A stretch of 62,891 nt of DNA, filler included, from Rhabdomonas costata (GCA_019059605.1; 52 parts of 52 records of this genome joined end to end with filler, not necessarily neighbours in it), one strand, 5' to 3'; counted from the first letter of the whole stretch, positions 37,614-49,772 are shown. A program made the numbers and translations. The notes: generated by a model from the sequence alone, not told the origin.

Positions 37614-38511
37614 TTCAGCAGCGCCTGCTTCAGGCGAGCGGGGTCTCCCATCAGTGAGGGCAACCGAGGGGGGCACCTCAGGTCCACCCGCACCCCCTTC
37701 CTGGTGGCAAGGTTCTGCACCATAGCCAAGGCTTCCCGGCAGACCGTGCCCAGGGAGAAGGGCACCTGCTGAAGCACCACCTGCTTCTGAGTCAGCCGCG
37801 AGTGCTCCTGAGAGAAAAACGACTGAAACAACCTATCTGTGAGGGCTTGGCCGAATGTGTGCGAAAAAGTGCATAAAAAACAGGCCTGCTTGGATATGGC
37901 TTGGAAAAGTCACCAATAGCCCTGGAAAGACCCACTCCAAACTTAGGCATGCTCATACCCGTCTCCTCTGATTCATACACCTCCGCCAAATGAAAAAATC
38001 AGGCATGCACACACAAAGCCACTCACAAACACATGTATATTATATCTCACATATACCAGAACGAAGTCCACGTTGTTTCGTGATCTGCGGGTCGCACACC
38101 ATCATCAGGTCGACGTACTCGGATTGCTCCTCAGTCAAAATAGTATCTCCCAGCAAACTGCAGCACGAAAGCAGGGCGTTGAGCGGGGTCCGAACTACTA
38201 CAAGTAAACCATAAACCGGCGCGCAAAAATCCTAGAAAAGCTTTTTCTAAAGAGTAAGGCACAGTTAAAAAGAAAGCCAAAGGACCTCATGGGGAACCCG
38301 GCCCTCCTGCCAGCCTCCGGCGTCGCGCCAATCGGGCAGACCACCGACGCTGTTGGCTTCCCATGGGACTTTAGGCGCCAGCCGTGGCCCAAGCCCAGGC
38401 CTTCGTAGTGCAGTTCAGTGTGCATCACGCTCTGTTGAAGGATCGCGAGTCGCGCGGAAACTTCACGGTGGATGTCGAGACCAATCACATATCTCAACAC
38501 GGAAGTGTTGG
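37614..38511 (-). CDS. Histidine kinase (HisKA to start of HATPase), multi-exon, possibly degenerate
   Basis: VRTPLNALLSCCSLLGDTILTEEQSEYVDLMM (38194-38100) and EHSRLTQKQVVLQQVPFSLGTVCREALAMV...LMGDPARLKQALL(N) (37807-37614) match the H-box helix and N-box of eukaryotic HKs. Confidence 0.82.
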
Positions 38512-40854
38512 CTGCAGAATGTTGCCTGAATCGTAGCAACCGCAAATCGGATTCAAGCCTCGGTGCCTAGGGCTGAATGATGGAGAACCAGGTTGTGCAA
38601 AACGGGCCTTGTTGCTGAGCTTCCAGCGGGCCTGCTGGAGGTAGTTCCCAATATCACTTTGACGTTANNNNNNNNNNNNNNNNNNNNNNNNNNNNNNNNN
38701 NNNNNNNNNNNTTAATTAATTAANNNNNNNNNNNNNNNNNNNNNNNNNNNNNNNNNNNNNNNNNNNNCTCACACTCAGGCAAATCACAAGGAATACGCGA
38801 ACCCTCTAACACACCTAACGACAACAGTAACAACGCAACACACCAACGCACCAAGGAAGCCACCTACGTACAAACCACTGACCCACCAAGTACACCCGAA
38901 GCACCATCAACACCACCCATGGACCCTCCCAACAACGACAACGACCCCAAAGCACCGGAACCAACCAAAGTATCACACCCACTCAGCAACGTAGAAGACA
39001 CATGAGCACCCCCAAGCACGCATACACCACGATCCGCAAGCTCGACACCACACGCAGCCATCCAACCACCCGAAGCCAACACACCACCATCCAAGAACGC
39101 GGAAACGTAAACGCATGAAGGCCAACCCAACACCCCTAGCACATCGAACCCTGTACACACCCTGACCCCTGCACACTCACACCCTTCCATCCCAACGTCC
39201 TGACCCATTGCACACACACCACCTTGTCCTACAGCCATCCACGCACCTGAAGAGAGTTCCACTTGGTTAGACATGCAAGCCCGATCATCCAACACCGTAC
39301 CGACAAACCCCAGCACACCTTGAGCACCAACTGACCCACTACCATGAACACACAAAGCCCCATCCACACCGTCCAAACCTACCCACGTCCAGCCCAACAT
39401 CGAAGCACCCGCACCAATCCAGCACCACAGCACCATCTGACCCACCTCACACAAAATCAGCACCAATCCCGCACGCAATCCACCCAACACCGTCCATGCT
39501 TCCCCCACACCGTACCCCACAACAACAGCAGCCAAATGCGCAACCCCCAACCAAACAAACTGCACCAACCACGTACCGAGCTCCAACTCCACACCCACAC
39601 CCCTAGAATGCCCACACTCCACACCAGCCTCCGAAATCCCAAGCACCCACTCCATCGCCAAGCCACACGCAACGTCCAACCCTGCCAACTACACCACAAG
39701 CCCACAGAACGCAGCACCCACACACAAACAAACAGGCAACCCATGCGACCATACCCACTTGGAAAACAACTTCACACCATCCCCCACCACCTGACACAAC
39801 CCGAACCAACCACACTACGAAGGACCAAAACGCCGTTGACCTGACCCCAACACCTTCCGTTCCAACACCGTCAGCAAACNNNNNNNNNNNNNNNNNNNNN
39901 NNNNNNNNNNNNNNNNNNNNNNNTTAATTAATTAANNNNNNNNNNNNNNNNNNNNNNNNNNNNNNNNNNNNNNNNNNNNTCCAGTTCCTCATACAGGTCA
40001 AATAGTGGGCGTGCTCGCCGGGGTACTCTCGCCCCAGGTTCAGCAGTGGCGAAAACAAAAGGAGGGAGACGCTACCCCAATGATGGGTAGCCATTTTGCT
40101 GGAAAAAAATTCCGGCAACATTAAAATATTTGGAATCAAAAAAGAGTTGTCATGAAGTTGGGAAAGGTTCTACATTCCACATTTCCCATTCATTCTGGTA
40201 GAGACAGTGCAAGCAAGTAGGATAAAACGGTGCACGGCGAATTCACACCTCTCCAAGGACTGAATAGTAAAGCTTTCCCTTTTACGTTGCCCTTGCCCTT
40301 GTCGCCTCAAAAAGTCCCAAAAGTGTACGAAGGCAAATACGAAGGTTGCACTTGGATATGGTGTGCGTTGTCATGCTTGCGTCGCTGTTGAAAGGGGGTG
40401 AAGCGGACGAATATCCTTTGCCCGCTAAGTCTGGAGGCCCACAGAAAATATCACAGACAGGACTTTTCCTGTCGATGGCAATCTTGAAGACAACGGAGGG
40501 GGTGTCGTTGAAGTACGCTTGGCGGATGCAAGGCACTGGGAGGAGGCTGGCCTGCCAGATTGATGACGGACACGTATATTCTACTTTAACTGATGTTTCG
40601 CACGTTCCTGCCAGTGGAATCAGAAGGACCGTTCTCTTGCTGTGTTACTAAATATACTAAATATAAGAAGAATGTTGCTCAATTTCCGCTTGCTCAACAC
40701 CTTAGGTCACTTTTCGAGCCCGGGGGAAGACCGCGAAGCACGTGCTTCACCTTTTGAAGCGCCCAGAATGCCGGTGCGATTGCAATTGTCCTTCTCTTAC
40801 TCTATGCTTTCCTTTGGATCCCACTGGCTCTTCTGTTTTATTTTGCTTCAACAG

Positions 40855-41035
40855 AATCATGATGAGGACACCGATTGACCATCACATCCTTGGTTACGGA
40901 CTTCGTAATTCGCCGAACAGCGTCCTGTACCATCACCACCATCCGGCGCACCACTACACCAAGAAGTTCTTTTACAATTACCATCACATCACCGTGGTGA
41001 AAGGAAGGATTGAGGATGAGAAGCTCAGGCTGAAG
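40855..41035 (+). CDS. Hypothetical His-rich exon
   Basis: AG/GT-bounded: IMMRTPIDHHILGYGLRNSPNSVLYHHHHPAHHYTKKFFYNYHHITVVKGRIEDEKLRLK. Confidence 0.5.
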
Positions 41036-41962
41036 GTTGTCCTTTCGCAGTGTCTATTCACACAAAACCAAAATTGGCATATGCATGCAGNNNNNNNNNN
41101 NNNNNNNNNNNNNNNNNNNNNNNNNNNNNNNNNNTTAATTAATTAANNNNNNNNNNNNNNNNNNNNNNNNNNNNNNNNNNNNNNNNNNNNATATAAAGAC
41201 AACAGCAGGCTAAAAACCGGGGTAAACGACGTCAAATGCGGCTCAACGCGGCTTAGAAATGCGTTTTTCAGCACCCCCGACCTCAAAATCATCAATTTGG
41301 GTCGATTTCCAAAGGGTCGATCTTTTCACCTCGGACACCCGAACCCCACCACATATTCGACCCTTTGGATCGGTCGGACTTTTGGTTCACGAACAGTCAG
41401 ACTCTATGCCCGAAAACGCTTACCAGGGGGATCACAGTTCACAACGAGAGAGAGACATAGCAAGCGAGAGAGACCTTTATCACAGAGAACAGAAGCCATG
41501 AGCTGGGGAAAGAGAGAGAAAGAGAGAGCAGAATCGCAAGTTATGCTACACCATATACCAGGTTTTTCAAGCCTGGACACGCCAAAGCGAACGAAGAAAC
41601 GCCTTTTATGGTTGTTCCCTCGAACTCACCTCGTAACTCGACTCTGAGTTTGTAGAGGTAACTTACAATCAGGATTTCACCACGTGAGAGATTGGGACGT
41701 GCAGCACAGGAGACGGGTGACTTGGGAAGTTTCTGTATTTTGCGAACACGCTCAACCCATTCATAGCCGCACATTAATTGTGACCGAAATATGAATGTCG
41801 AACGTCGGACCCCCTTGGTTGCATGCTTTTGGGGCTGTGAAATTAGATATCACAAAAGTTGAAGTTTTCGATCGGACTCTTTCTTTTGGTGATGTTACTT
41901 TCGTCCCCCAGCAACACCACCCGCACCTGCCCACCTATCTGCACCCGTCTTGAGGTCCACAC

Positions 41963-42135
41963 CTGCTTGAGATACTGCAGGGGCCTCAAGATCTCCACAA
42001 CCACCTCTAAGTTACGCAGCTTGTTGTTGCCCAGCAGCAAAACCTCCAGGAACCTCAGCCCACCAGCCGTCAGGTCCCCGTTCAGGGTCTCAATCAGATT
42101 GTTCTGGAGGTGCAGTTCTCTCAGCCGGTACGCCC
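41963..42135 (-). CDS. SDS22-type leucine-rich-repeat protein exon (LRRC72-like)
   Basis: YRLRELHLQNNLIETLNGDLTAGGLRFLEVLLLGNNKLRNLEVVVEILRPLQYLKQ. AG/GT-bounded. Confidence 0.88.
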
Positions 42136-42513
42136 CTGTGCGTGTCGTAGAGGCCTCCGTGGCTCGAGAGGAGTTAAATGACGCCCCAGCACTAGCACCG
42201 GTGGTGCGCTGCGGTGCCGGAGAGGTAGACCGAGGCAAGGAGGTCGCAGAGGAGCCCAGTGTGGTGCTGACGGTGAGCATAGCGGCGGGAAGCATGAGAT
42301 NNNNNNNNNNNNNNNNNNNNNNNNNNNNNNNNNNNNNNNNNNNNTTAATTAATTAANNNNNNNNNNNNNNNNNNNNNNNNNNNNNNNNNNNNNNNNNNNN
42401 GGTGTGGGTGGGTTTCAGGGTCAAACATTAAAATCGTCGGGTGATTCTTTCGAGGTGTGTCTAGCTGTAACACAGCTGGACACACAGAGTGTTTGTGTCG
42501 CTCTCTCACTCAG

Positions 42514-42698
42514 ATTGGGGGCCTTTTCGTGCTTCTGAGCTGCCTGCAGTCTCTGCTCTTCACTCGCAACAAGAACGTCGAGAAGGACGCCACCCATGTT
42601 TTCGAACTGAACATCCGCAAGGCCCTGGCGGCGTCGTGGGAGCTGCTTTTGGCGGTGGAGCTTGGGAAGGCAACTCTTCGACTGCGGGCCTCTCGCCC
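42514..42698 (+). CDS. Hypothetical protein exon
   Basis: AG acceptor, then IGGLFVLLSCLQSLLFTRNKNVEKDATHVFELNIRKALAASWELLLAVELGK. Donor position uncertain. Confidence 0.45.
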
Positions 42699-43347
42699 GT
42701 ATGGGCCTTTCTCGCCACACCCCTGTTTTGTCTTTCCTCTACCTGACTTTCTCTCTGAATGGACGCTTTTCTGCTCCTTTTTGATTTCAGGGTGCAGTTT
42801 GTTCGCCTCCAGACCTGCGCATGTTCAAATTCCACCCATCTCTTTCAAAAAAACGAGCATCACAAAGATGTTCATTGTCCAATGGTCCACGAAACAGGAG
42901 GGAGAGCGAGCGAGCGAAAGAACTTCAGAACTTTTTGGTTCGTGTGGAACGTGTTGGTGTGAAAGTCGAACGCATCGTTTCTCACGAAACCCCAGTTAGT
43001 TGCATACCCACGGAAACGTTTCACGTACTCTTGGGGAAAAGAGACGGGGAAGGAGCAGGAGATCGCAATGGGAACAGACGCGACGAGAATGCGAATGTGT
43101 AGTGAAGAGGTGTAAATGGGTGTGTATGTATGGGATGAGAATGAGGTGAATGAGGTGGGTCGGGAATAAGCATCAGCAGGAATCAGAGGAGGGTACTCGG
43201 ACCAATTGAAATTGTATGTGCGAAGACAGACAGAGGCGAACAATTCGACGGAGACCTTGAACTGTAGAGGCGCAGATAGGGACTGATGTGAAAGTGCTGC
43301 GGCAGCGGAAAGGGCTGCCAATTGAGGGGCACCTCTGCTTACGTGGA

Positions 43348-43450
43348 GCGCTGCGAAGAGAACACAAGTGTGTATGTGTGTGTGGCCAGGCCTCCCTCCC
43401 TTGGTGGGCTCCCCACACCCACATACACACTTGTGTTCTCTTCGCAGCGC
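43348..43450. repeat. 31-bp perfect inverted repeat with 41-nt spacer
   Basis: 43348-43378 is the reverse complement of 43420-43450. Confidence 0.9.
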
Positions 43451-43802
43451 CCGCCGGCAGACCATCTCCAGAGCCATGGCGCAGGGCCCACTCAGCACGG
43501 CAGGAAGGAACNNNNNNNNNNNNNNNNNNNNNNNNNNNNNNNNNNNNNNNNNNNNTTAATTAATTAANNNNNNNNNNNNNNNNNNNNNNNNNNNNNNNNN
43601 NNNNNNNNNNNATATGTTCTTTGTGTGATACACAGCGCAGCACATCAACCCCGCCCTTCCCATTCCAAACCATAGTAGTTTAACTGCCGAAAAACCCTTC
43701 TTCCCAAGGACTTGGCAGCGGTGCCGGGGATGGTGGGGTTAAAGCAGTTCGCTCAAACAGCGTGCTGTTCTCCTCTAGGACACTTCATTCCCATCTTCTC
43801 AG

Positions 43803-44605
43803 GTGACTCTTGAAGGGTGTCTGTACCCTGGGTTCACCGCGTGGTGCTCCACTCCCTTCCCCTCCCGCGGAGTGACCGCCCGGAAGCTCATCCGCTCTGC
43901 AAGCACCGGTCTGCAGGTCTTTTCGGAAAATCCCAACCTCCCCAGTTTCATATACTCTCTGTGTTCTCTTTTCGCTGAACGGATCGTTCACCCGCTTCTC
44001 TGAAGATTCCCGAGAGTGGGTATTTTACCGTTCACAGATTCCTCGATTTTTTTCAGCACAAATGGGGTCATCTTCGGTTGACTTCCTTTTTCAAGCCTCG
44101 TGCGAGTGGCTTTCCCATTTTCAGCACCATCCTTCTTTCCTCGTGCACATCCACCACTACAAGGAGCCTTGAAGGTGATCTGTACATCAGAAAAAATCCG
44201 GCGCAGAATGAGGATGGCAAAATGTTACGTGGAATTCCTTCGATGCCTCGATCGGACGATCACACACGCAGCCGTCCGGCGGAGCAGTGCTGCGGTGGTT
44301 CACCGAGTTATGCGCCAGCGAGTGCCTGGAGGGGGTCGTCCTGGACAGCTTCTGGTGGCACTACCTCACTCGCTTTGCTCTTCCGGCCTCGCGGGCCAGG
44401 GCAGAGCCTCCTGACTCCACGGGGGAGGGCCTCTTGCTGTCCCCTCAGCCCCCGCCATCCGTCTCTGGGGGTGTTCCTGTGGGGGAGGTGCTGAATCCTC
44501 GGCGGGAGAAGGGCAGAGTGACAGCCCTGCAAGCCCTGTTTGAGAAGTCGAAGCCCGGGGTGGTGGGGATCCAAGAAGATGCCTTCAGGAGCATAAGCGG
44601 CTCAG
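43803..44605 (+). CDS. FAM227: FAM227 / FWWh-domain protein, exons 43803-43916 and 44272 to about 44605
   Basis: VTLEGCLYPGFTAWCSTPFP...LQ|PSGGAVLRWFTELCASECLEGVVLDSFWWHYLTRF: YPGF..TP.P and DSFWW signatures. In-phase GT-AG intron. Confidence 0.75.
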
Positions 44606-44822
44606 GTGTGTCGGTGTGCGTGACTGCTTGCGTTTGCGTTTGTTTGGTCCTCCCCCATAACGCAGGATGTTTCAAAAGTAATGAAGGCCGACATCTGAAG
44701 TTGGAGTGCTGATCCTTTCGANNNNNNNNNNNNNNNNNNNNNNNNNNNNNNNNNNNNNNNNNNNNTTAATTAATTAANNNNNNNNNNNNNNNNNNNNNNN
44801 NNNNNNNNNNNNNNNNNNNNNT

Positions 44823-44823
44823 T

Positions 44824-44859
<36 letters not shown>

Positions 44860-44938
44860 CAACGAGTCCCCACCCCACCCTGTAGTTGCCCTGTGGTTGA
44901 AGGGACTCGTTGTTGCTTGCTTGCTTGCTTGCTTGCTT
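44823..44938. repeat. (GCAA)n microsatellite in a fold-back inverted repeat at the contig start
   Basis: (gcaa)n-caacgagtccc ... gggactcgttg-(ttgc)n. Confidence 0.85.
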
Positions 44939-46033
44939 CTTCCTTCAGAGGCCGCTGCAGAGGAACGGCTACCTCCTTTCTTTTGGCTCCGGCTCCAGCT
45001 CCGATCTCAGGGTCTCGACCTAGGGAGGGGAAGCCACCCGGACACCTTCGCAACGCCCCCTCTCCCCAAGGTGAAACAAAAAAGGTATTCGTCCAGAGAA
45101 ACGTCTGTTCCGTGCTTCACCAACACGGGGGAAGCAGGGGGCTGGACAAGCACTCAGCCAACCGGCTCAAAAGTGGTGGTGGTGACACCTGTCAACTTCT
45201 GTCCAAAGAAAAACCCTTGCAAACGAAGAAGAAAACCAACTCTTCCAGGGCGCTTTCAGCACGGTGCCGTATTCATTGACGTCATCCTCGGTGAGAAAAA
45301 AAGCATCACACCACGAAAGAACAGCGCGGGTGTTGTTGAAGAAGAAGTTGCTGTGTGTTCGGCTCACTATACCGCAGTGTATTGTTTTCGCTGGGGGCTC
45401 TTTTGCAAAAAAAAAGTTGAACTGTTTTTCTCTTACTCTTTTGAACCTTTTGTCTCGCACCTTTTTGAAACTCACACCCTGAACCCGCAATTAAAGCAAC
45501 ACAGCAAATGCAGACAAACACGACACACAGGTTGCCTGTTTGGGAGATCGAATCAGCCCCGTATCCCAAACAATAGAACATTGCACTGCACATAAAATGA
45601 ACCTTTCGAGTGCTTTCTGCCAATTTGGAGCGGCGAAGTGAGGAGGTTGCATTTCTGAACTAACGGTATGCGCCTATGCGGCATAAAAAAGATCCTACAT
45701 TGCTTTTGCTTTTGAGAAAGTCAATTTTGTTCTGTGTTTGACACATTCAACTGAAAAAATTAATTTAAGTATTTTATATTTTTATTTCTTATCCTCTTGG
45801 GCGTGACTTTTTCAAGCCAAGACGTGATGATAAAACGGTGGGAAAAGCCAACAGGCTGAAAGATTCCACCGAGCAAATCCCAAGAGCTGTAATTAAGTAC
45901 CTAACCTTCTGGGGCTCCGCCCCCACAAACCCCNNNNNNNNNNNNNNNNNNNNNNNNNNNNNNNNNNNNNNNNNNNNTTAATTAATTAANNNNNNNNNNN
46001 NNNNNNNNNNNNNNNNNNNNNNNNNNNNNNNNN

Positions 46034-46829
46034 GGTTTTTGGTGAGGCGGTCAGCCCGGCGGTGCTTCAGGGAGGAGGTGTAGGGCTTGATCCCTAGGTT
46101 CTCGAGCTGCGCCCGGGCAAAGCTGCAGCACAGCAGGAAGAACGAGACGGTGCCCAGCGGGGGCTCCATCCAGTTCCATGCGAAGCTTCCGACCTCCAGA
46201 GCGGTCTCCAGGTCCTTGGGCTCAGGCACGTCTGCGGAATGGAGAAATCAAGCGGAGTGGGACAATAGTACGTATTTGGAGGGAGGGAAGGCGTTAAACG
46301 TTTAACGCCGTTAAACGCTTTGGGACTTTGCGTATCAATCAGAACAGGGGGCGGAAGATTGCGACGCGGTCGGAGACGACGGATGAGGCCAGGACGTGCC
46401 ATGAGGTGGGGCCACGCAAAAATTGACTTTCGTTGAACTTCTCGACGTCCGCGGGTGTTGCGCCGGACTGATTTACAGCGGTGGGGGCGACGTTTTGGGC
46501 CACCAGCAGCTCAGCAACCGCGACATGCCCGCTGTACGGGCTTGGTGCAGAGGCGTCCACCCTTGGTTACCTTGGTTACCTTCGAAAAAATCGAGCCACA
46601 CCAGCCGTACCTCAAAGAAACCACACGGCAGAAAAAGAAAGAATGCAGACCTGCAGTGACGTAAAACTGATTGAACGCCAAAACCGTGTTGATGTCGAAG
46701 ACCATGGGGAAGGCCACCACGGCGGCCACCAGGGCCGACGCCAGGCCCACCTTGTACGGCAGCGTAGTGATCATCAGGCCCTTGCGGTTGTAGTCCACGA
46801 TGGCCCTGAAGGTGGGCTGAGCCTCCTCC
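46034..46829 (-). CDS. Conserved uncharacterised two-TM protist protein, exons 46829-46651 and 46231 to contig end
   Basis: ...LPYKVGLASALVAAVVAFPMVFDINTVLAFNQFYVTA|DVPEPKDLETALEVGSFAWNWMEPPLGTVSFFLLCCSFARAQLENLGIKPYT. Clean phase-1 GT-AG intron and strong codon bias. Confidence 0.85.
46443..46582 (-). pseudogene. Frameshifted ankyrin-repeat fragment inside an intron
   Basis: NQGWTPLHQA/[1-nt deletion]YSGHVAVAELLVAQNVAPTAVNQSGATPADV is one full ankyrin repeat plus the start of the next. Confidence 0.8.
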
Positions 46830-47480
46830 CTGAACACCGAACACCCAACCGCCCACTCTTAACCGTCAACCGTCAACTGTAAACAGCAGGGCTCACCCTC
46901 CGGGACACTATTGTGTCGTGAGCTTTCTTCACGAGTATGCCCCAGTATCCTTCGTCTTGGCCCATAAGACAACAGAGAAAATACCACACACCAATACTGG
47001 ATCTCTGCTGAATAGTAGGAGGTATGCTGCAATGTGACTCAGGGCCATTTTTCTTGGGGACATTTTTTATTGCTTTCCGTCGGATATTTTATGGGTTTCG
47101 CTGTAAGATTGAACACGCCCCCCACACCCCAAACACACCAACACNNNNNNNNNNNNNNNNNNNNNNNNNNNNNNNNNNNNNNNNNNNNTTAATTAATTAA
47201 NNNNNNNNNNNNNNNNNNNNNNNNNNNNNNNNNNNNNNNNNNNNGTTGTGTTGGTCAAGACGCGCCCGGCCTGGGTTGGGTGCTCGGGGGGCCCTTAGCA
47301 CGTGTCCAAGAGGCTCTTCCTCTATACTCAAACCGATAGAAAGCGGGGGGGAAAGTGGACGGTTCCCGCCCTTCCTGCAGCTGGATACAATTCACCCCTG
47401 CCCATATGGTGTAAGCAGCCCACAACTTGCCTTGTTTTTGTTTGTGTTCGTTTATATTGGCTATTCGCAATCTTTCGCAG

Positions 47481-48342
47481 AGGTTGCCGGAATTCGCGAA
47501 CATTTTAGACGACATGATTCTGACGGCGACGGAACCATTGATGAAGGAGAATTCAACTTGATGCTTCGCAGGTTTCGCGAGCAGCAAACTATGGTTTTTT
47601 GATTGTGTTGCAAGTGGTAAGCTGGCAGCTGTTGTGCCCAATCTGTTCTTCTGAAATTGGACGACATTGACGACTTTCTGTTTCCCTGCTGTTGTCTTGC
47701 CTGCTTCCTCTGCTGCCTCATTTGTTCAGAATGAACGTCCTTCTCTCTCCGGATGACGAGGCAAGGTTGTTCAAGGCTATGAGTGTTAACAGCAGTGGCA
47801 AAATAGAAGTGAACGAGTTCATCAAGCACTACAACACCATCCTTGCTCTCGAAAAGGTGTTGCGAGCTGCATGAATGCCGTAAATGCCTTAAATGCCGTC
47901 TGCAACAGAAACCAACGTGGTACCTTGTCATAGCGTGCGGAAGAAAAGCAAATCGAGCAGCTGGCGTCCAAGACCTCGTTCACGCCTGATGAGATCCGAG
48001 CGTTGTATGCCAACTACAAGAAGATTGCGTGCTCCCAGAACGACGACGGCCTGATCGACCGCAGCGAGTTCCGAACCATGATCCTGGAATCCTCCCAGAT
48101 GGAAGGCTCGCGCAACACGGTTGCCGTGATTTTTGGGGTTGTTAAGGGAGATTTGGGTGAGTTCTGATGGAAACCAGCTTTGTGTCAAACGTGCAATTCA
48201 TGGTGGGTTTCGGGCTTCCCATTCACCGCCGCTGCCTCTGTACCAAGGTTTTCAGCGATGCTCTTTTCCGGATGTTCGACCGCGACCAGTCCGGGTCGAT
48301 TGACTTTCTGGAGTTTGTGAGCTCCCTTGCAGTGCTGCAGGG
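47481..48342 (+). CDS. Multi-EF-hand Ca2+-binding protein (EF pair plus calcineurin-B/NCS-like domain), exons 47481-47571, 47730-47856, 47934-48119, 48248 to contig end
   Basis: Loops DSDGDGTIDEGE, SVNSSGKIEVNE, NDDGLIDRSE and DRDQSGSIDFLE; TSFTPDEIRALY is a CBL/NCS-type segment. Three in-phase GT-AG introns. Confidence 0.93.
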
Positions 48343-48711
48343 AGCCCACAAACACNNNNNNNNNNNNNNNNNNNNNNNNNNNNNNNNNNNNNNNNNNNNT
48401 TAATTAATTAANNNNNNNNNNNNNNNNNNNNNNNNNNNNNNNNNNNNNNNNNNNNGGTGGGGTGTCTAAAACCTAATTTTTGCAAGACCCCCCCCAAAAA
48501 AAAATCGCACGTCCCCACCTCATCCGAGCCGCAGGTTCCCCGGCCCACCGCTGTGCAGCGGCTGGCCTCCTCACCTGAACTAAGGTTGTCCTGATCATCC
48601 ACAAATTCCAAAACGTTCAACGCCATTGAACGTTTAACTCTCTGGGAAAGTCGAACCCCCAAATGCAACTTTCCCAGAGAGGGGGGAGGGTAGCAGAGAG
48701 CAGAGCTGGAC

Positions 48712-48846
48712 CTTGTAGATGTGGTAGTACTCCGCCACCCCGTCCATCACCCCAAAGGTGTATGTCAGCCACTCCACGAGCTCGTCGGCAGAGACCATGT
48801 TGGAGGTCACGGTGAAGTTGTGGATATCCGTGAACAGAATCGCCAC
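48712..48846 (-). CDS. Class III adenylate/guanylate cyclase exon (N-terminal part of catalytic domain)
   Basis: VAILFTDIHNFTVTSNMVSADELVEWLTYTFGVMDGVAEYYHIYK. 135-nt AG/GT-bounded exon. Confidence 0.92.
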
Positions 48847-49772
48847 CTGGGCCAAGGCGCAAACATGCGGCTGGAAGCCGTCGGAGGGGGAAGACACGCT
48901 AAAAGAAGGATCGCAACGCGTTTGCTGGGTTGAGCAAAAGGAGAAGCGCTGCAGCACGCCCACACCCACAAGTACACACAAAATCACTCTCTGTCCTCTC
49001 GGCGACAACGAATGAGCTGTGACGCACCGTGCTGCATCTCTCCATGGGGCTAACAATACTTCATGTTCTGCTTATGGGCCGAAGAAATGACCCTGTTGAT
49101 CGTTACAGAGATTCAGGTAAATCTGCATCCTTCGCCGTAATCTCGATGGCAGGGCGCCAGCGACGCGCGCGCTGGCAGAGGTATTTCTTCTCCGACGGAG
49201 CACTGGTCAGCACGAGTCAATTCCGGCTCTCTCCCTCCCTCCCTGCCTCCCTCCCCGTCCACGTTTGATTGGTCAGAGTCCCGCATCCCATTCCAGCCGG
49301 ATTTTGATGATGACTCTACGGGGATCGGCTCGTAAAAGTTGCACTCTCGGCAACGCCGAGGAACAAGGTGAAACTCATCTCTTCTCGGCGCCTTGCTGAG
49401 CTCCCCTCACCTCAACCTCTCTCGCTTCTAACTCTCGTGAGCGGGAAACAGCTGTCACACTATTGGAAGCAGGCCGCAGAAACTCCTTGACTAATAACGC
49501 ACTCCGCTGCGAACTTTCAGGAGACATGAGTACACAGCCACACCTCGGGGATTTCTAGAACGACCTGGTGNNNNNNNNNNNNNNNNNNNNNNNNNNNNNN
49601 NNNNNNNNNNNNNNTTAATTAATTAANNNNNNNNNNNNNNNNNNNNNNNNNNNNNNNNNNNNNNNNNNNNCCTCGAGCGCATGATCCTGCGTAGCATCCA
49701 TGGAGTTCAGGACCTTGTTCGAAATAAATGCTGCACCGAAGGCTCCAACCTCAGATACAACAAGGCATTGAC

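Noticed and set aside
38864..39688. 274-aa Gly/Val-rich ORF
   Set aside because: It is explained by G/T strand skew suppressing stop codons; no motifs.
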